From: a virus
Taxonomy: Duplodnaviria; Caudoviricetes
IMG/VR virus record: IMGVR_UViG_3300033181_000166
Location: 1 to 32,745 of that record
Direction: 5' to 3' (one strand)
Length of the DNA: 32,745 nt
The stretch's first letter is position 1. Every line of letters begins with the position of its first letter. Of this stretch, positions 1 through 7,593 are shown piece after piece. Under the pieces are notes generated by a model. It was not told the DNA's origin. It worked only from the letters and a program-made list of their open reading frames with translations, and made no database searches. The translations under genes were made by a program, and so were the position numbers.

Positions 1-127
1 CGGCAGCCCCCCGGCCACCCGGTCGGCCGCCTCGGCGAGCGAGTCGATGCGGTCCCGCTCGGCCTCGCGGTCGAGGTCGGCCAGGGGGAACACGCGGATC
101 CCGACCCGGCCGTCGACGTCGCCGGGG
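1..127. repeat. Terminal direct repeat, left copy (identical to 32619-32745); circular-assembly overlap
   Basis: CGGCAGCCCC...GTCGCCGGGG at 1-127 is identical to 32619-32745. 127 is a common assembler k-mer length. Confidence 0.95.
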
Positions 128-342
128 ATCAGGACGCACCGCGACCGGACCAGGGCGGTGCCGGGGCGAACCCGGGAGGCGATGACGGCGGCGATCCGGT
201 CGGCCTGGGCCCTGGCGGCGGACTTGCGGGGCCCGGGCGGGCAACCGGCGGCCAGGAGATCGGCGCGGAGGAAGTCGTCGGCCAGGCGGTGGGTCGGAGT
301 CTCGGGCGGGGCAGGGGCCCCGGGGGCGATCGGCTCGATCAT
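1..342 (-). CDS. Hypothetical protein, 5' part; crosses the circular junction and continues at 32618-32520 (146 aa in total)
   Basis: ATG at 342 overlaps the stop of the upstream ORF (ATGA) and has GGAGG upstream. It reads MIEPIAPGAP...GRVGIRVFPLADLDREAERD with no stop and is in frame with the 32520..32711 ORF. Confidence 0.8.
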   Translation of the reverse strand, partial: MIEPIAPGAPAPPETPTHRLADDFLRADLLAAGCPPGPRKSAARAQADRIAAVIASRVRPGTALVRSRCVLIPGDVDGRVGIRVFPLADLDREAERDRIDSLAEAADRVAGGLP

Positions 343-632
343 GGCATCCCTCCAGCGGGCGTGGGGGTGGGGGCGGCGGGCGACCGCTCCAGCCCCTTGC
401 CGTCCTTGTGGACCTTGAGCTCGTTGCCGCTGGCCGCGGTGAACGTCCCGTGGCCCCTCTCCGCGAGCATCCGGGGGATCAGGAGCACCTTGAGCGCCTT
501 TTTCACTTCCCGCTGCCAGCGGAGCCGGTCCACCAGGGCGTGCTCGGTGAAGCAAGCGTCGTCGTAGCAGTCGAGCTGCTCCGCCAGGCAGAGCGACCGG
601 AGGTGCTCGACTTCGGCCGGGTCGAGGGGCAT
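339..632 (-). CDS. Hypothetical protein (97 aa, MPLDPAEVEHLRSL...), first gene of the leftward operon running toward rep/parAB
   Basis: High-GC coding-like portion of the 339..1085 ORF. It lies downstream of an AT-rich promoter region and is translationally coupled to the next gene. Confidence 0.65.
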   Translation of the reverse strand: MPLDPAEVEHLRSLCLAEQLDCYDDACFTEHALVDRLRWQREVKKALKVLLIPRMLAERGHGTFTAASGNELKVHKDGKGLERSPAAPTPTPAGGMP

Positions 633-688
633 GGGAAGGTACTCCCGGATACGGGCGAAAGATCCTCGGTGCGCAACCCGACTGTTCG

Positions 689-824
689 AGTATATTGATT
701 GTGTAGCAGGATTGGAATAACGCAAGAATCCGATGATCGTGTTTGCGGCGGAATTGTAATTGTCGCGATAATGCGGCGCCGCTACAATGAGCTTCCGGTA
801 GCCATGTCCCGCCGCTACAATTCC
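689..824. promoter_or_regulatory. Divergent promoter/operator region 1
   Basis: AT-rich gap between divergent genes. The - strand has TTCCAA(717-712)-17bp-TATACT(694-689). A direct repeat CGCCGCTACAAT sits at 777-788 and 810-821, each copy containing TACAAT. GGAATTGTA (750-758) is inverted relative to TACAATTCC (816-824). Confidence 0.55.
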
Positions 825-869
825 ATTTCCGCGAGAAACCCGATGGCCGGTAGAAGCGACCCAAACAAA

Positions 870-1118
870 ATGCCTCGCCCAAAGACGGAACCGCCTTCGA
901 AATCCATCAGGATTCATGAGGATCTTTATGATGGAATCATGGTGCTGTCGTCCATCTACAAGAAGAACGCCACGCAGTTCACCAGCGAGGTCCTGAAGCC
1001 GATCATCGAGGGGGCCTTGGCATCGCACGGGATCGAATACCCCATCAAGGCTACGGATGAGCAATTGTCCGAGGTCATCCAGCAAGTCATCGCCCGCCTC
1101 AAGGCATCGAAGCCATAG
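870..1118 (+). CDS. Ribbon-helix-helix-like DNA-binding protein (candidate repressor)
   Basis: MPRPKTEPPSKSIRIHEDLYDGIMVLSSIYKKNATQFTSEVLKPIIE: an alternating beta-ribbon (SIRI) followed by two helices. It resembles 3920..4150. An alternative start is at 843. Confidence 0.6.
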   Translation: MPRPKTEPPSKSIRIHEDLYDGIMVLSSIYKKNATQFTSEVLKPIIEGALASHGIEYPIKATDEQLSEVIQQVIARLKASKP

Positions 1119-1122
1119 GCGG

Positions 1123-1149
1123 CCGGGGCCGTCGGGACGACGGCCCCGG
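1123..1149. terminator. Hairpin between convergent genes
   Basis: CCGGGGCCGTCG-GGA-CGACGGCCCCGG, a perfect 12-bp stem between the stops at 1118 (+) and 1162 (-). There is no U-tract. Confidence 0.55.
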
Positions 1150-1161
1150 ACCGCGTCCCGA

Positions 1162-1389
1162 TCACGGCGACACGCCCTCCCGCGAATCGTCGTCCTCGAT
1201 CGGGATCACCATGCACCCGTCGTATTCCTGCATCCCGGCGTGGACCCAGCGGTCGCCCTGGAGCCGCTCCAGTCGGGCCCGCGCCTCCTCGCCCTTGCCG
1301 ACGTCCTCGGCCCGGCGGTAGGTCGGCCCCCCATCGACGAACCGGAAGCGGTCGCCCTTGCGCAGGTCGAGGAAGTGTCTGCGTGTCAC
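1162..1389 (-). CDS. Hypothetical protein (75 aa, MTRRHFLDLRKGDRFRFVDGG...)
   Basis: GTG start overlaps the upstream stop (GTGA). FxDLxxGDRF-type N-terminus of small beta proteins. Confidence 0.6.
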   Translation of the reverse strand: MTRRHFLDLRKGDRFRFVDGGPTYRRAEDVGKGEEARARLERLQGDRWVHAGMQEYDGCMVIPIEDDDSREGVSP

Positions 1390-1613
1390 GGTGCGCACCC
1401 TCCCATGTCCACCGGCGGCGGGACCGACAGGTCCCAGAGCGGATCCTCGCCGCCCGAGGCGGCCCGCTCGCGGCGGACCGCCTGCAGGGACTTCCAGGTC
1501 AGCCGCTCCCAGATCGGGTCCCGCAGCATGGCGGCCAGGACCTCGCGGGCGAGCGCCTCGCCGCAGCAGAGATAGCGTGAAATGAAGACGGTCGCGTCGG
1601 TCGTCCGATCCAT
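1386..1613 (-). CDS. Hypothetical protein (75 aa)
   Basis: GGAGGG RBS upstream; coupled to the downstream gene. Confidence 0.6.
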   Translation of the reverse strand: MDRTTDATVFISRYLCCGEALAREVLAAMLRDPIWERLTWKSLQAVRRERAASGGEDPLWDLSVPPPVDMGGCAP

Positions 1614-1673
1614 GATCCGGCCCTCCTTCGAAGAAGTCCCGGCCGGGGGCCCGGCCGGGCGGGTGGATCCGGA

Positions 1674-2051
1674 TCAGCAATACCCGTGGGGGTAGACGTC
1701 GGCGTCGGTGATCCGGCCGTCGGACTCGCGCTCCGCGTACATCTCGTCGACCAGGGCGTCGAATTCGAGCATCTCGCCGATGAAGTTGTCGCGGCCCGAG
1801 AGCAGGCCGGCCCGGAAGGCGGACTCGAGGTCCCGGGAGTAATCGGCGGGCGGCTCGACGTCGTGACCCTTGGACCCGAGACTGAACCCGAGCCACCAGG
1901 CATCGTCCCCGGTGGTGGGCTCGAAGTCGTCGCGATCCCAGCCCGGGCGGTAATCGCCGGGCTCGTTGGCGGGGCTGTCGTTGAGCCAGGCCAGGCGGTC
2001 GGCGATCGCGAGGTCCGACTGGACCGGGGAAGGGGAGTAGGTTAGACTCAT
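1674..2051 (-). CDS. Acidic hypothetical protein (125 aa) with a weak RMF-like core
   Basis: MSLTYSPS... contains AWWLGFSLGSKG...PPADY...AFRAGLLSG. Confidence 0.6.
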   Translation of the reverse strand: MSLTYSPSPVQSDLAIADRLAWLNDSPANEPGDYRPGWDRDDFEPTTGDDAWWLGFSLGSKGHDVEPPADYSRDLESAFRAGLLSGRDNFIGEMLEFDALVDEMYAERESDGRITDADVYPHGYC

Positions 2052-2131
2052 AGCGGATTCGAGCCTTTCATAGAAGGTGACGGGTGCGATCCAACAGGGC
2101 CGTCCCGCGTGCCATCGCGGGGCGGCCCATT

Positions 2132-2842
2132 TCATGCGCGATGATTGACGGGTGGGCGCCCGGCCGCTTTGGGCCGATGCCGTTCGTGAGGGCAATAACC
2201 GTAGTGCCCAAGGGAGAAATTGCAGTTGGAGCAGAGCACCCGGAAGCCTTCGGGATAGCCTTCCCCGTGAAGCCAGCGGTAAAAGGTCATCCCTTGCCGA
2301 AAAAGTTCCTTGATGTGAGCGGTTCCGCCTCCGTTGATGTGATCGATTTGGAGGAATTCGAGGTTCGCCTCGCGACAGCAGGCGCAGCAAGGTACGGGGC
2401 CGCTGTAGCGGACGAGGGCGGCCATCCGCAACTTCCTGGCGTTCCTCTTGCACCTCGCTCGGTCGGCCGCATTCTTGATAGGTTCCGTCCTCTGACGGGC
2501 GCGGCACTCACGGCAGCAGTCGTCTCGGCCCCCCTTCCGAGTTGGGTTCGCCGCGTATTCTTCCTGGTCCTTGAAAGCTTTGCAGTCGCGGCAACGCCGG
2601 GATTGCCCGCCGAATAGCCGGCCCTCGCATTCCAGGCATCTCCTCGCAAGTTCCTTGAACAGTTCCCTCCCCTTGACTTGGCTGCATTCGATGCATTTCC
2701 TCGTCATGGAGAGCGCGTTGAGGCGATAGATGGCCCTACGGCATGGTGTGCAGACGAATGTCAGGCCATCCGGGCGCGAACGATCGCCGCCGAAGACGGT
2801 CGCCGGCTTGAGTTGCCCGCACTTGTAGCACTTCCGATCCAT
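2132..2842 (-). CDS. His-Me finger (HNH/EndoVII-like) endonuclease with N-terminal tandem CxxC zinc-binding repeats
   Basis: C-terminal CACC...LQIDHINGGG...FRVLCSNCNFSLG motif. Three N-terminal CxxC..CxxC units (KCYKC/CTPC, KCIEC/CLEC, RCRDC/CREC). GC is lower than in neighbouring genes. Confidence 0.85.
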   Translation of the reverse strand: MDRKCYKCGQLKPATVFGGDRSRPDGLTFVCTPCRRAIYRLNALSMTRKCIECSQVKGRELFKELARRCLECEGRLFGGQSRRCRDCKAFKDQEEYAANPTRKGGRDDCCRECRARQRTEPIKNAADRARCKRNARKLRMAALVRYSGPVPCCACCREANLEFLQIDHINGGGTAHIKELFRQGMTFYRWLHGEGYPEGFRVLCSNCNFSLGHYGYCPHERHRPKAAGRPPVNHRA

Positions 2843-2843
2843 C

Positions 2844-3281
2844 TCAGCCCCCGATCGAGAGGGATACGATCCTGTCCGGTCGGATGACCACCACGGTCTC
2901 GCCCTCCGACTGGGCAGGATCCTCATCGACGATGTAAGCCTTGTCTCCGACCTTGAAGCCACGCGCGGTAAACGGGTTGTCCTCTTGCGGGTCCGGCTTC
3001 TGACCTTCGGGCGACAGGATGTCATAGAGGTTGAAGATGGCCAGGGCCAGGGTCGATTCGGCCGCGTAATACTCCGCGTCGATCGCCGCCTGGAGGCGCC
3101 TCCAGGCTTCCGCCTCGGGGGCCTCGGGGCCGGCGGGCGTCATGCCTTTCATCGCAAATCGGGGGATCGCGGAATCGACCTCCGTAGCGGCCATCAAGGC
3201 TTCCTCGTAGCGACGGACGCACCGAACGATAAGCTCGTGTGCCATCCTCTGTCGGTTGGGGTCGGGCTGTAGATGGGTCAC
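2844..3281 (-). CDS. Hypothetical protein (145 aa)
   Basis: First gene after a consensus promoter, with an AAGGGGAG RBS. Confidence 0.65.
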   Translation of the reverse strand: MTHLQPDPNRQRMAHELIVRCVRRYEEALMAATEVDSAIPRFAMKGMTPAGPEAPEAEAWRRLQAAIDAEYYAAESTLALAIFNLYDILSPEGQKPDPQEDNPFTARGFKVGDKAYIVDEDPAQSEGETVVVIRPDRIVSLSIGG

Positions 3282-3322
3282 AGGGCTCCCCTTTCACTTA
3301 GACTGGTCGAACCGCTCGACCA

Positions 3323-3423
3323 CGAAAGGAGTATACCCCTTTCAGGAAAAGGGGTCAACCCCTTTTCCTGAAATTTTTATGCGTCGCTATCCGGCCTGAG
3401 TGATCCGGGGTATACTCCTTTCG
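3323..3423. promoter_or_regulatory. Divergent promoter switch 2 with two interleaved inverted repeats
   Basis: The - strand has TTGACC(3358-3353)-17bp-TATACT(3335-3330). A perfect palindrome with 16-bp arms lies at 3340-3373. A 17-bp inverted pair at 3323-3339 / 3407-3423 carries TATACT in each copy. Confidence 0.8.
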
Positions 3424-3445
3424 GGCCACGATTGACGGAGGCGCG

Positions 3446-3649
3446 ATGCCATCGAAAGAGAAGGTTCGCATTCCGTTCCGATGCACAGACGCCTATGCCG
3501 AGGCGTTGGAGCGTCTGCGCCTGGCGGAAGGCACCGACGACCTCAGCACTCTCGCCGAAGTCGCCTTCGCTCGCTTGGCGAAGAGGCACAAGATCGATCT
3601 ACCGGAGCGTATCGGGCCAGTGGGCAGGCCGCCGAAGGGACGAGCCTGA
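3446..3649 (+). CDS. Small RHH-like DNA-binding protein
   Basis: GGAGG RBS. KVRIPFRCTDAYAEALERL...DLSTLAEVAFARL fits a ribbon-helix-helix pattern. C-terminal GRPPK. Confidence 0.6.
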   Translation: MPSKEKVRIPFRCTDAYAEALERLRLAEGTDDLSTLAEVAFARLAKRHKIDLPERIGPVGRPPKGRA

Positions 3650-3700
3650 CCGTCCCTTGACACTGTTCGCGTGTCCTTTTGCGGGGTCACCCTGAACACC

Positions 3701-3738
3701 GGGCTCCAAGGGTCTGATTCACCCCTGGGGCCCTTTTT
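3701..3738 (+). terminator. Intrinsic terminator
   Basis: GGGCTCCAAGGGT-CTGATTC-ACCCCTGGGGCCC followed by TTTTT. Confidence 0.7.
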
Positions 3739-3773
3739 CGTTGCCGTGCCGACCTGTTCGACCCGACATCCAG

Positions 3774-3856
3774 ATGATACGGCTTTGTTGTCACATTGTC
3801 AACCGATTACCTAAAATGATTTTGCCCCTTTGCTGCTTGCCGGCAGATTGTATAAT
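3774..3856. promoter_or_regulatory. Divergent promoter pair 3
   Basis: The - strand has TTGACA(3802-3797)-17bp-TATCAT(3779-3774). The + strand has TATAAT at 3851-3856 with a TTGCT-like -35 near 3829-3835. Confidence 0.7.
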
Positions 3857-3919
3857 CGCAACAGGTGACTCGACCGTGTCGGCCGATGTAGAATTACTTT
3901 TGTTGCGGAGGTGCTTGGG

Positions 3920-4150
3920 ATGGCCGTAGCTTCGGAGCGATCGCCGATGGGCAAGGCGAAGGGTCGTCCGGCTAAGCCGGCGGGAGAATCAGCGCAGGTC
4001 CGCATCGACGCCAACTTGGTGTCCCGGGCCAAGACCCTCGCGTCCATCGAAGGCATGTCGATGACCGATTACCTGTCTGGGATCCTTCGCCCCATCCTGG
4101 AGCAGAACGCCCGGAAGGCCGGGCGGAAGTTGCTCGGCGAGGATCAGTGA
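3920..4150 (+). CDS. Ribbon-helix-helix-like regulator
   Basis: GGAGG RBS; GRPAK...AQVRIDANLVSRAKTLASIEGMSMTDYLSGILRPILE. Confidence 0.75.
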   Translation: MAVASERSPMGKAKGRPAKPAGESAQVRIDANLVSRAKTLASIEGMSMTDYLSGILRPILEQNARKAGRKLLGEDQ

Positions 4151-4174
4151 TCCCCCAACCAGACGAGATTCCTG

Positions 4175-4921
4175 ATGAGGGAAGCGACGAAGAAGGGTTG
4201 CCTTTCCAGGGTGTTCGGCCTGGTGAAGCTGGCGTCCCTCGTCCTCGTCTGCCTGGTCTGCCTGGTGGTATTCCTGGTGAGCCGCAACCCTCCCCCACAC
4301 CATCCGTCATCTCCCGCAGCCTCGGGCGATGCACCCGTGCCGCGGTCCGCGGCCCCGAAGGACGACACGCCTACCATCGGCGAGGATGGGGTGCTCGAAA
4401 TCCCCGGTGGGAGGTCCGTCTTCCTCGCCCGGGGTGACGGTGACTGGGACGACCTGATCGAGGCGGAGACGTTCGCCGCCCGGGGTGGTGATGGCAACAC
4501 GGGCCCGCTGGTCCGCATGATCGTCGCCGGGAGGGTCACCGCCCATCCCAACGGCACGCCGGTCCGGGTCCGCAAGGGCGGGTTCGCCTCGCTTTTCGTC
4601 GAGGTCGTGTCGGGCGAGGACGCGGGATGCTACGGCTGGGTCCAGCGGGAATTCGTGCGCCGGCCCGGTCCGGCTCCCGCCTCCGAAAGCCCAGCGGATC
4701 TCCCGGCGGCAAAGCCTCAACCCAAGGTCGTGGCGATACCCAAGTCCATCGACCCCTCGCTCAGGGCAGCTACGCTACTCCGAATGGGGCGGAACCTCGA
4801 AGCGGACGGCAAGCCGAAGCCGGCCCTGGAGAACTATCGGCGAGTGGTCGAAGAGTTCGGCGAGACGCCCTCGGCCGAGGCGGCGGGAGAGAAGATCAAG
4901 GCCCTAACCGGGAAGAAGTGA
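4175..4921 (+). CDS. Membrane-anchored exported protein with an SH3-like domain and a C-terminal TPR-like helix pair
   Basis: N-terminal TM helix (LASLVLVCLVCLVVFLV). The GTPVRV...VEVVSG...GWVQREFV segment is SH3-like. AATLLRMGRNLEADGKPKPALENYRRVVEEFGETPSA is TPR-like. Confidence 0.7.
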   Translation: MREATKKGCLSRVFGLVKLASLVLVCLVCLVVFLVSRNPPPHHPSSPAASGDAPVPRSAAPKDDTPTIGEDGVLEIPGGRSVFLARGDGDWDDLIEAETFAARGGDGNTGPLVRMIVAGRVTAHPNGTPVRVRKGGFASLFVEVVSGEDAGCYGWVQREFVRRPGPAPASESPADLPAAKPQPKVVAIPKSIDPSLRAATLLRMGRNLEADGKPKPALENYRRVVEEFGETPSAEAAGEKIKALTGKK

Positions 4922-4928
4922 GCCGACC

Positions 4929-5168
4929 ATGACGATCGAGTCGCTCGACCGGGCCTACCGGGCCAGCCCGTTCCGGCCGTTCGCGCTGCGGCTGGCGGAC
5001 GGCCGCTCGGTGCCGGTGCCACACCCGGAGTTCCTCAGCTTCAACCCCAAGGGCCGGACGGCCGTGGTGGTGGACGAGCGGGACGGCTTCGAGGTGGTGG
5101 ACCTGCTGCTGGTGGTGTCGCTGTCGTTCGAGGGTGAGGCGGCCGAACCGGTGGCCCGGCGGCAATGA
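4929..5168 (+). CDS. Small conserved hypothetical protein (PFRPF...DGR...HPE type)
   Basis: SPFRPFALRLADGRSVPVPHPEF motif, a small-protein type I recall as abundant in Planctomycetota. Confidence 0.75.
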   Translation: MTIESLDRAYRASPFRPFALRLADGRSVPVPHPEFLSFNPKGRTAVVVDERDGFEVVDLLLVVSLSFEGEAAEPVARRQ

Positions 5169-5298
5169 ACCGGGCATCAAGGGGGTGTCAGTTCAGCGAA
5201 GGGTCCCGGGGCCGGTGAGAGGGCTCGGGCACAGCGGCACGGCGGGCTTCGAGGGCCGCCTCGATCCTGTCGAGCCGCTCGCCCCCTACAACCCGGCG

Positions 5299-5652
5299 AT
5301 GGACCGGTCCAGGGGGTCCTTCCCGGGCCCGGATCCGGCCAAGGCGTTGGCCGAGATCGACGCCGCCCTCGCCAGGTTCGAAGCGGACCATGATCGGAAG
5401 AAGGACCAGGGTTTTCCCGGCTGGGTGCTGGAGGACATCTCGCGGCACTCGGCGACCTTTCGCAGCCTCATCGAGCGGCACGGCGAGCCGGGCGGCGCCC
5501 ACCGCAAGGACGCGGAGAGGCTCGAACGGGAAGACATGGTCCCCAAGGCACGCATGCTCCAACTTCATGGCATTCTCGCATCGCTCCGCGACGACCTGGC
5601 CGGCGTCGACGCCGATCGGGCGCCGGGCCCGCGGGGCCGGCCTACAGATTAA
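5299..5652 (+). CDS. Hypothetical helical protein (117 aa), possibly leaderless
   Basis: TACAAC (5286-5291) lies 7 nt before the ATG and there is no SD sequence. Confidence 0.55.
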   Translation: MDRSRGSFPGPDPAKALAEIDAALARFEADHDRKKDQGFPGWVLEDISRHSATFRSLIERHGEPGGAHRKDAERLEREDMVPKARMLQLHGILASLRDDLAGVDADRAPGPRGRPTD

Positions 5653-5754
5653 AGCCGAAAACCGAGCCCGCCGGCGACGGGGTTCATCGATCCCCGCGCC
5701 GGATGGCGGGATGCGCGTCGTGGGTCGAGTCTGAGGATGGGACGGGGAGTCGCG

Positions 5755-6036
5755 ATGGCCGAGTCCGAGCACGCCGAGCCGATGCCGGGCCAGCTTCCCC
5801 TGCCGGGGATCGCGCCGGAGATCCCGGCCACCCGGAGCAAGGCGTTCCGCTCGGCCTGGCACAAGGGCCGGGCGGCGGCGCTGGAGGGGTTCAGCCTGGC
5901 CGACTGCCCGTACCCCGACCGGCGGGCGGGCGAGCATCGGCAGGTGGTCACCTTCTCGCGGGCCTTCCGGAAGTTCTGGCGCGACGGATTCGAGTCGGTT
6001 AGGCTATTCCCGGGGAAGGGGGCAGGCGGTGCCTAA
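5755..6036 (+). CDS. Ribosome modulation factor (RMF)-like protein
   Basis: AWHKGRAAALEGFSLADCPYPD...FRKFWRDGF matches the RMF pattern A.x.G..A...G.....CPY......W..G[WF]. GGGGAG RBS. Confidence 0.65.
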   Translation: MAESEHAEPMPGQLPLPGIAPEIPATRSKAFRSAWHKGRAAALEGFSLADCPYPDRRAGEHRQVVTFSRAFRKFWRDGFESVRLFPGKGAGGA

Positions 6037-6547
6037 TGCCAATCTGATGTTCAAGAACCGCTTCGCCAGGGAGGCCAAGAAGCCCCCCGAGGTGAGGCTC
6101 TCCGAGGCCGACATCCGGATCGCGGTCGAGGTCGACCTGGCGAAGCTTGCCGAGAAGGATCGCATCAACCAGGAGCGGGCCGCGGCGGCCCTCCGGTCCG
6201 CCGCGGCGGGTTGGCTCGACGATCTGTCCCGCTGCCAGACCCTAGACGAGGCGATCGACTGCAGCTGGTCTTTTTACAGGGCGCCGTGTCGTGCCTCTTG
6301 CGGCCACGGGCTCAATCTTGCTCGCCTCCGCGAGCAATTGATGGAGATCAACGGGGCCCGCAACGCCAGGGATGGTGAGGAGGATTTCGTCGCCGAGCTG
6401 GTCGAAGCGGGCGTCTTCCCCGGCTCCCCCGATTCGGCCTACGCCTTCATCCAGGCCAGGTTCCTGGCGCGGCTCAAGGAGCCCGGGCTCGAGGCGTGGG
6501 CCTACGCGGTGGAGACCGGAGATTATCAGGCGATCGCCCGCCAGTGA
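6029..6547 (+). CDS. Hypothetical protein (172 aa)
   Basis: Overlaps the upstream stop; coding-like composition. Confidence 0.6.
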   Translation: MPNANLMFKNRFAREAKKPPEVRLSEADIRIAVEVDLAKLAEKDRINQERAAAALRSAAAGWLDDLSRCQTLDEAIDCSWSFYRAPCRASCGHGLNLARLREQLMEINGARNARDGEEDFVAELVEAGVFPGSPDSAYAFIQARFLARLKEPGLEAWAYAVETGDYQAIARQ

Positions 6548-6599
6548 CCCGGGCGGTTGGTTTCAATCTTGTCGTGCTGTTCCCGGGGAGTTCCCATCG

Positions 6600-6806
6600 A
6601 TGAGCCGAGCCCTGCTGCTGCTAGCCGCGATCTGCGTGGCGCCCCTGGCTTCGGCCGCCCCCGAGGCGGAGCTGGCCCGATGCGTCGGCGCCATGCCCTG
6701 CAAGGCGTGCAAGGACTGCTCGGCGTGCAAGTATTGCCACAAGGACGGCGGCTACTGCGGGGTGTGCTCGAAGCCGATGCCCGAGGGGCCGGGGGTCCGA
6801 CCTTGA
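6600..6806 (+). CDS. Small secreted cysteine-rich protein
   Basis: Signal peptide MSRALLLLAAICVAPLASA, then CVGAMPCKACKDCSACKYCHKDGGYCGVC (8 Cys). GGGGAG RBS. Confidence 0.75.
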   Translation: MSRALLLLAAICVAPLASAAPEAELARCVGAMPCKACKDCSACKYCHKDGGYCGVCSKPMPEGPGVRP

Positions 6807-7168
6807 GCGACGCCAGACATCCCCGGCGATACGTGGCCTTCGGGCCGGGCTTCAGCGGCGATTACGACACCCGGGTCGAGGCGCTCGCCGTGGTGAGGAA
6901 GAATGGAGACGGCGCCGTCTACGAGCGGGTGGGGGGCGGGGGGGAGATGCCGATGTCTGATGAAGGCAAGACAATGATCTACTATCAACGCCAATTCATC
7001 CGCCTCGCGAGCGACTTCCGATTGCCCCGAACCGTCGGCGAGACCGTCGTCATCCGGGGCGTCCGCTACCGCATCTCGAATGTCGTGAACACGTCGACGG
7101 CTCTCGGCGAAGTCGCGCAGTCTTGCCACCTCGAAGAGGATTCGTCGCCCCTCCCGGAAGTCCGATAA
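6803..7168 (+). CDS. Hypothetical protein (start uncertain)
   Basis: TTG overlaps the upstream TGA. Internal ATGs at about 6947-6954 have a G-rich RBS. Confidence 0.45.
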   Translation: MSDARHPRRYVAFGPGFSGDYDTRVEALAVVRKNGDGAVYERVGGGGEMPMSDEGKTMIYYQRQFIRLASDFRLPRTVGETVVIRGVRYRISNVVNTSTALGEVAQSCHLEEDSSPLPEVR

Positions 7169-7219
7169 TGGTGTCTATGTTCAATCGGTTCCAATTGGTT
7201 GGGTCGTGAGGGTCGCGAG

Positions 7220-7444
7220 ATGAGCGTGTTGCACTGGATCGGTAACCCGTGGGACGTACCGGTTGGCCTCACCATCATGCGGGGTGGCGGGATCGGCATG
7301 ATCTTTGTCCCGAAGGAATTCTGCTCGGAGTGGGACCGCTTCGACAACCCGGACGTGGTGAGGAGCCGATCGGAACGCCCCGAACCTTTGTCGGTGTTGA
7401 CGATCGAGGCTAACGATCGAGGTTCATGGGCCCGTGATCTATGA
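7220..7444 (+). CDS. Hypothetical protein (74 aa)
   Basis: GAGGG RBS; lies inside the repeat-bounded low-GC segment. Confidence 0.45.
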   Translation: MSVLHWIGNPWDVPVGLTIMRGGGIGMIFVPKEFCSEWDRFDNPDVVRSRSERPEPLSVLTIEANDRGSWARDL

Positions 7445-7458
7445 AGACGGGGGTAGCG

Positions 7459-7593
7459 ATGGAAGTCAAACAGGCTGAGGAATTGATCGCGAATGGAGGC
7501 AAGTTCTACACGATCGATGGAGAATCCTGGTGTGACACGCCTCTCCATTCGTGGAGATTGGTCTTCGGTGTCGGTTATGTCCGACAGGACTGA
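7459..7593 (+). CDS. Small hypothetical protein (44 aa, MEVKQAEELIANGGKFYTIDGESWCDTPLHSWRLVFGVGYVRQD); below the ORF-track cutoff
   Basis: GGGGG RBS-like sequence upstream; ends just before the second repeat copy. Confidence 0.45.
   Translation: MEVKQAEELIANGGKFYTIDGESWCDTPLHSWRLVFGVGYVRQD

Noticed and set aside
1-127. 127-bp terminal repeat as a biological phage DTR
   Set aside because: Its length equals a common assembler k-mer and it falls mid-gene. It indicates circularity or permutation, not physical genome ends.
339-1085. 248-aa ORF as a single gene
   Set aside because: Its 5' part is antisense to the RHH gene and crosses the promoter region. Only 632-339 looks coding.
3340-3373. Palindrome as a protelomerase (telRL) site of a linear phage-plasmid
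   Set aside because: No protelomerase gene is evident, and the palindrome overlaps a promoter -35, which fits an operator better.
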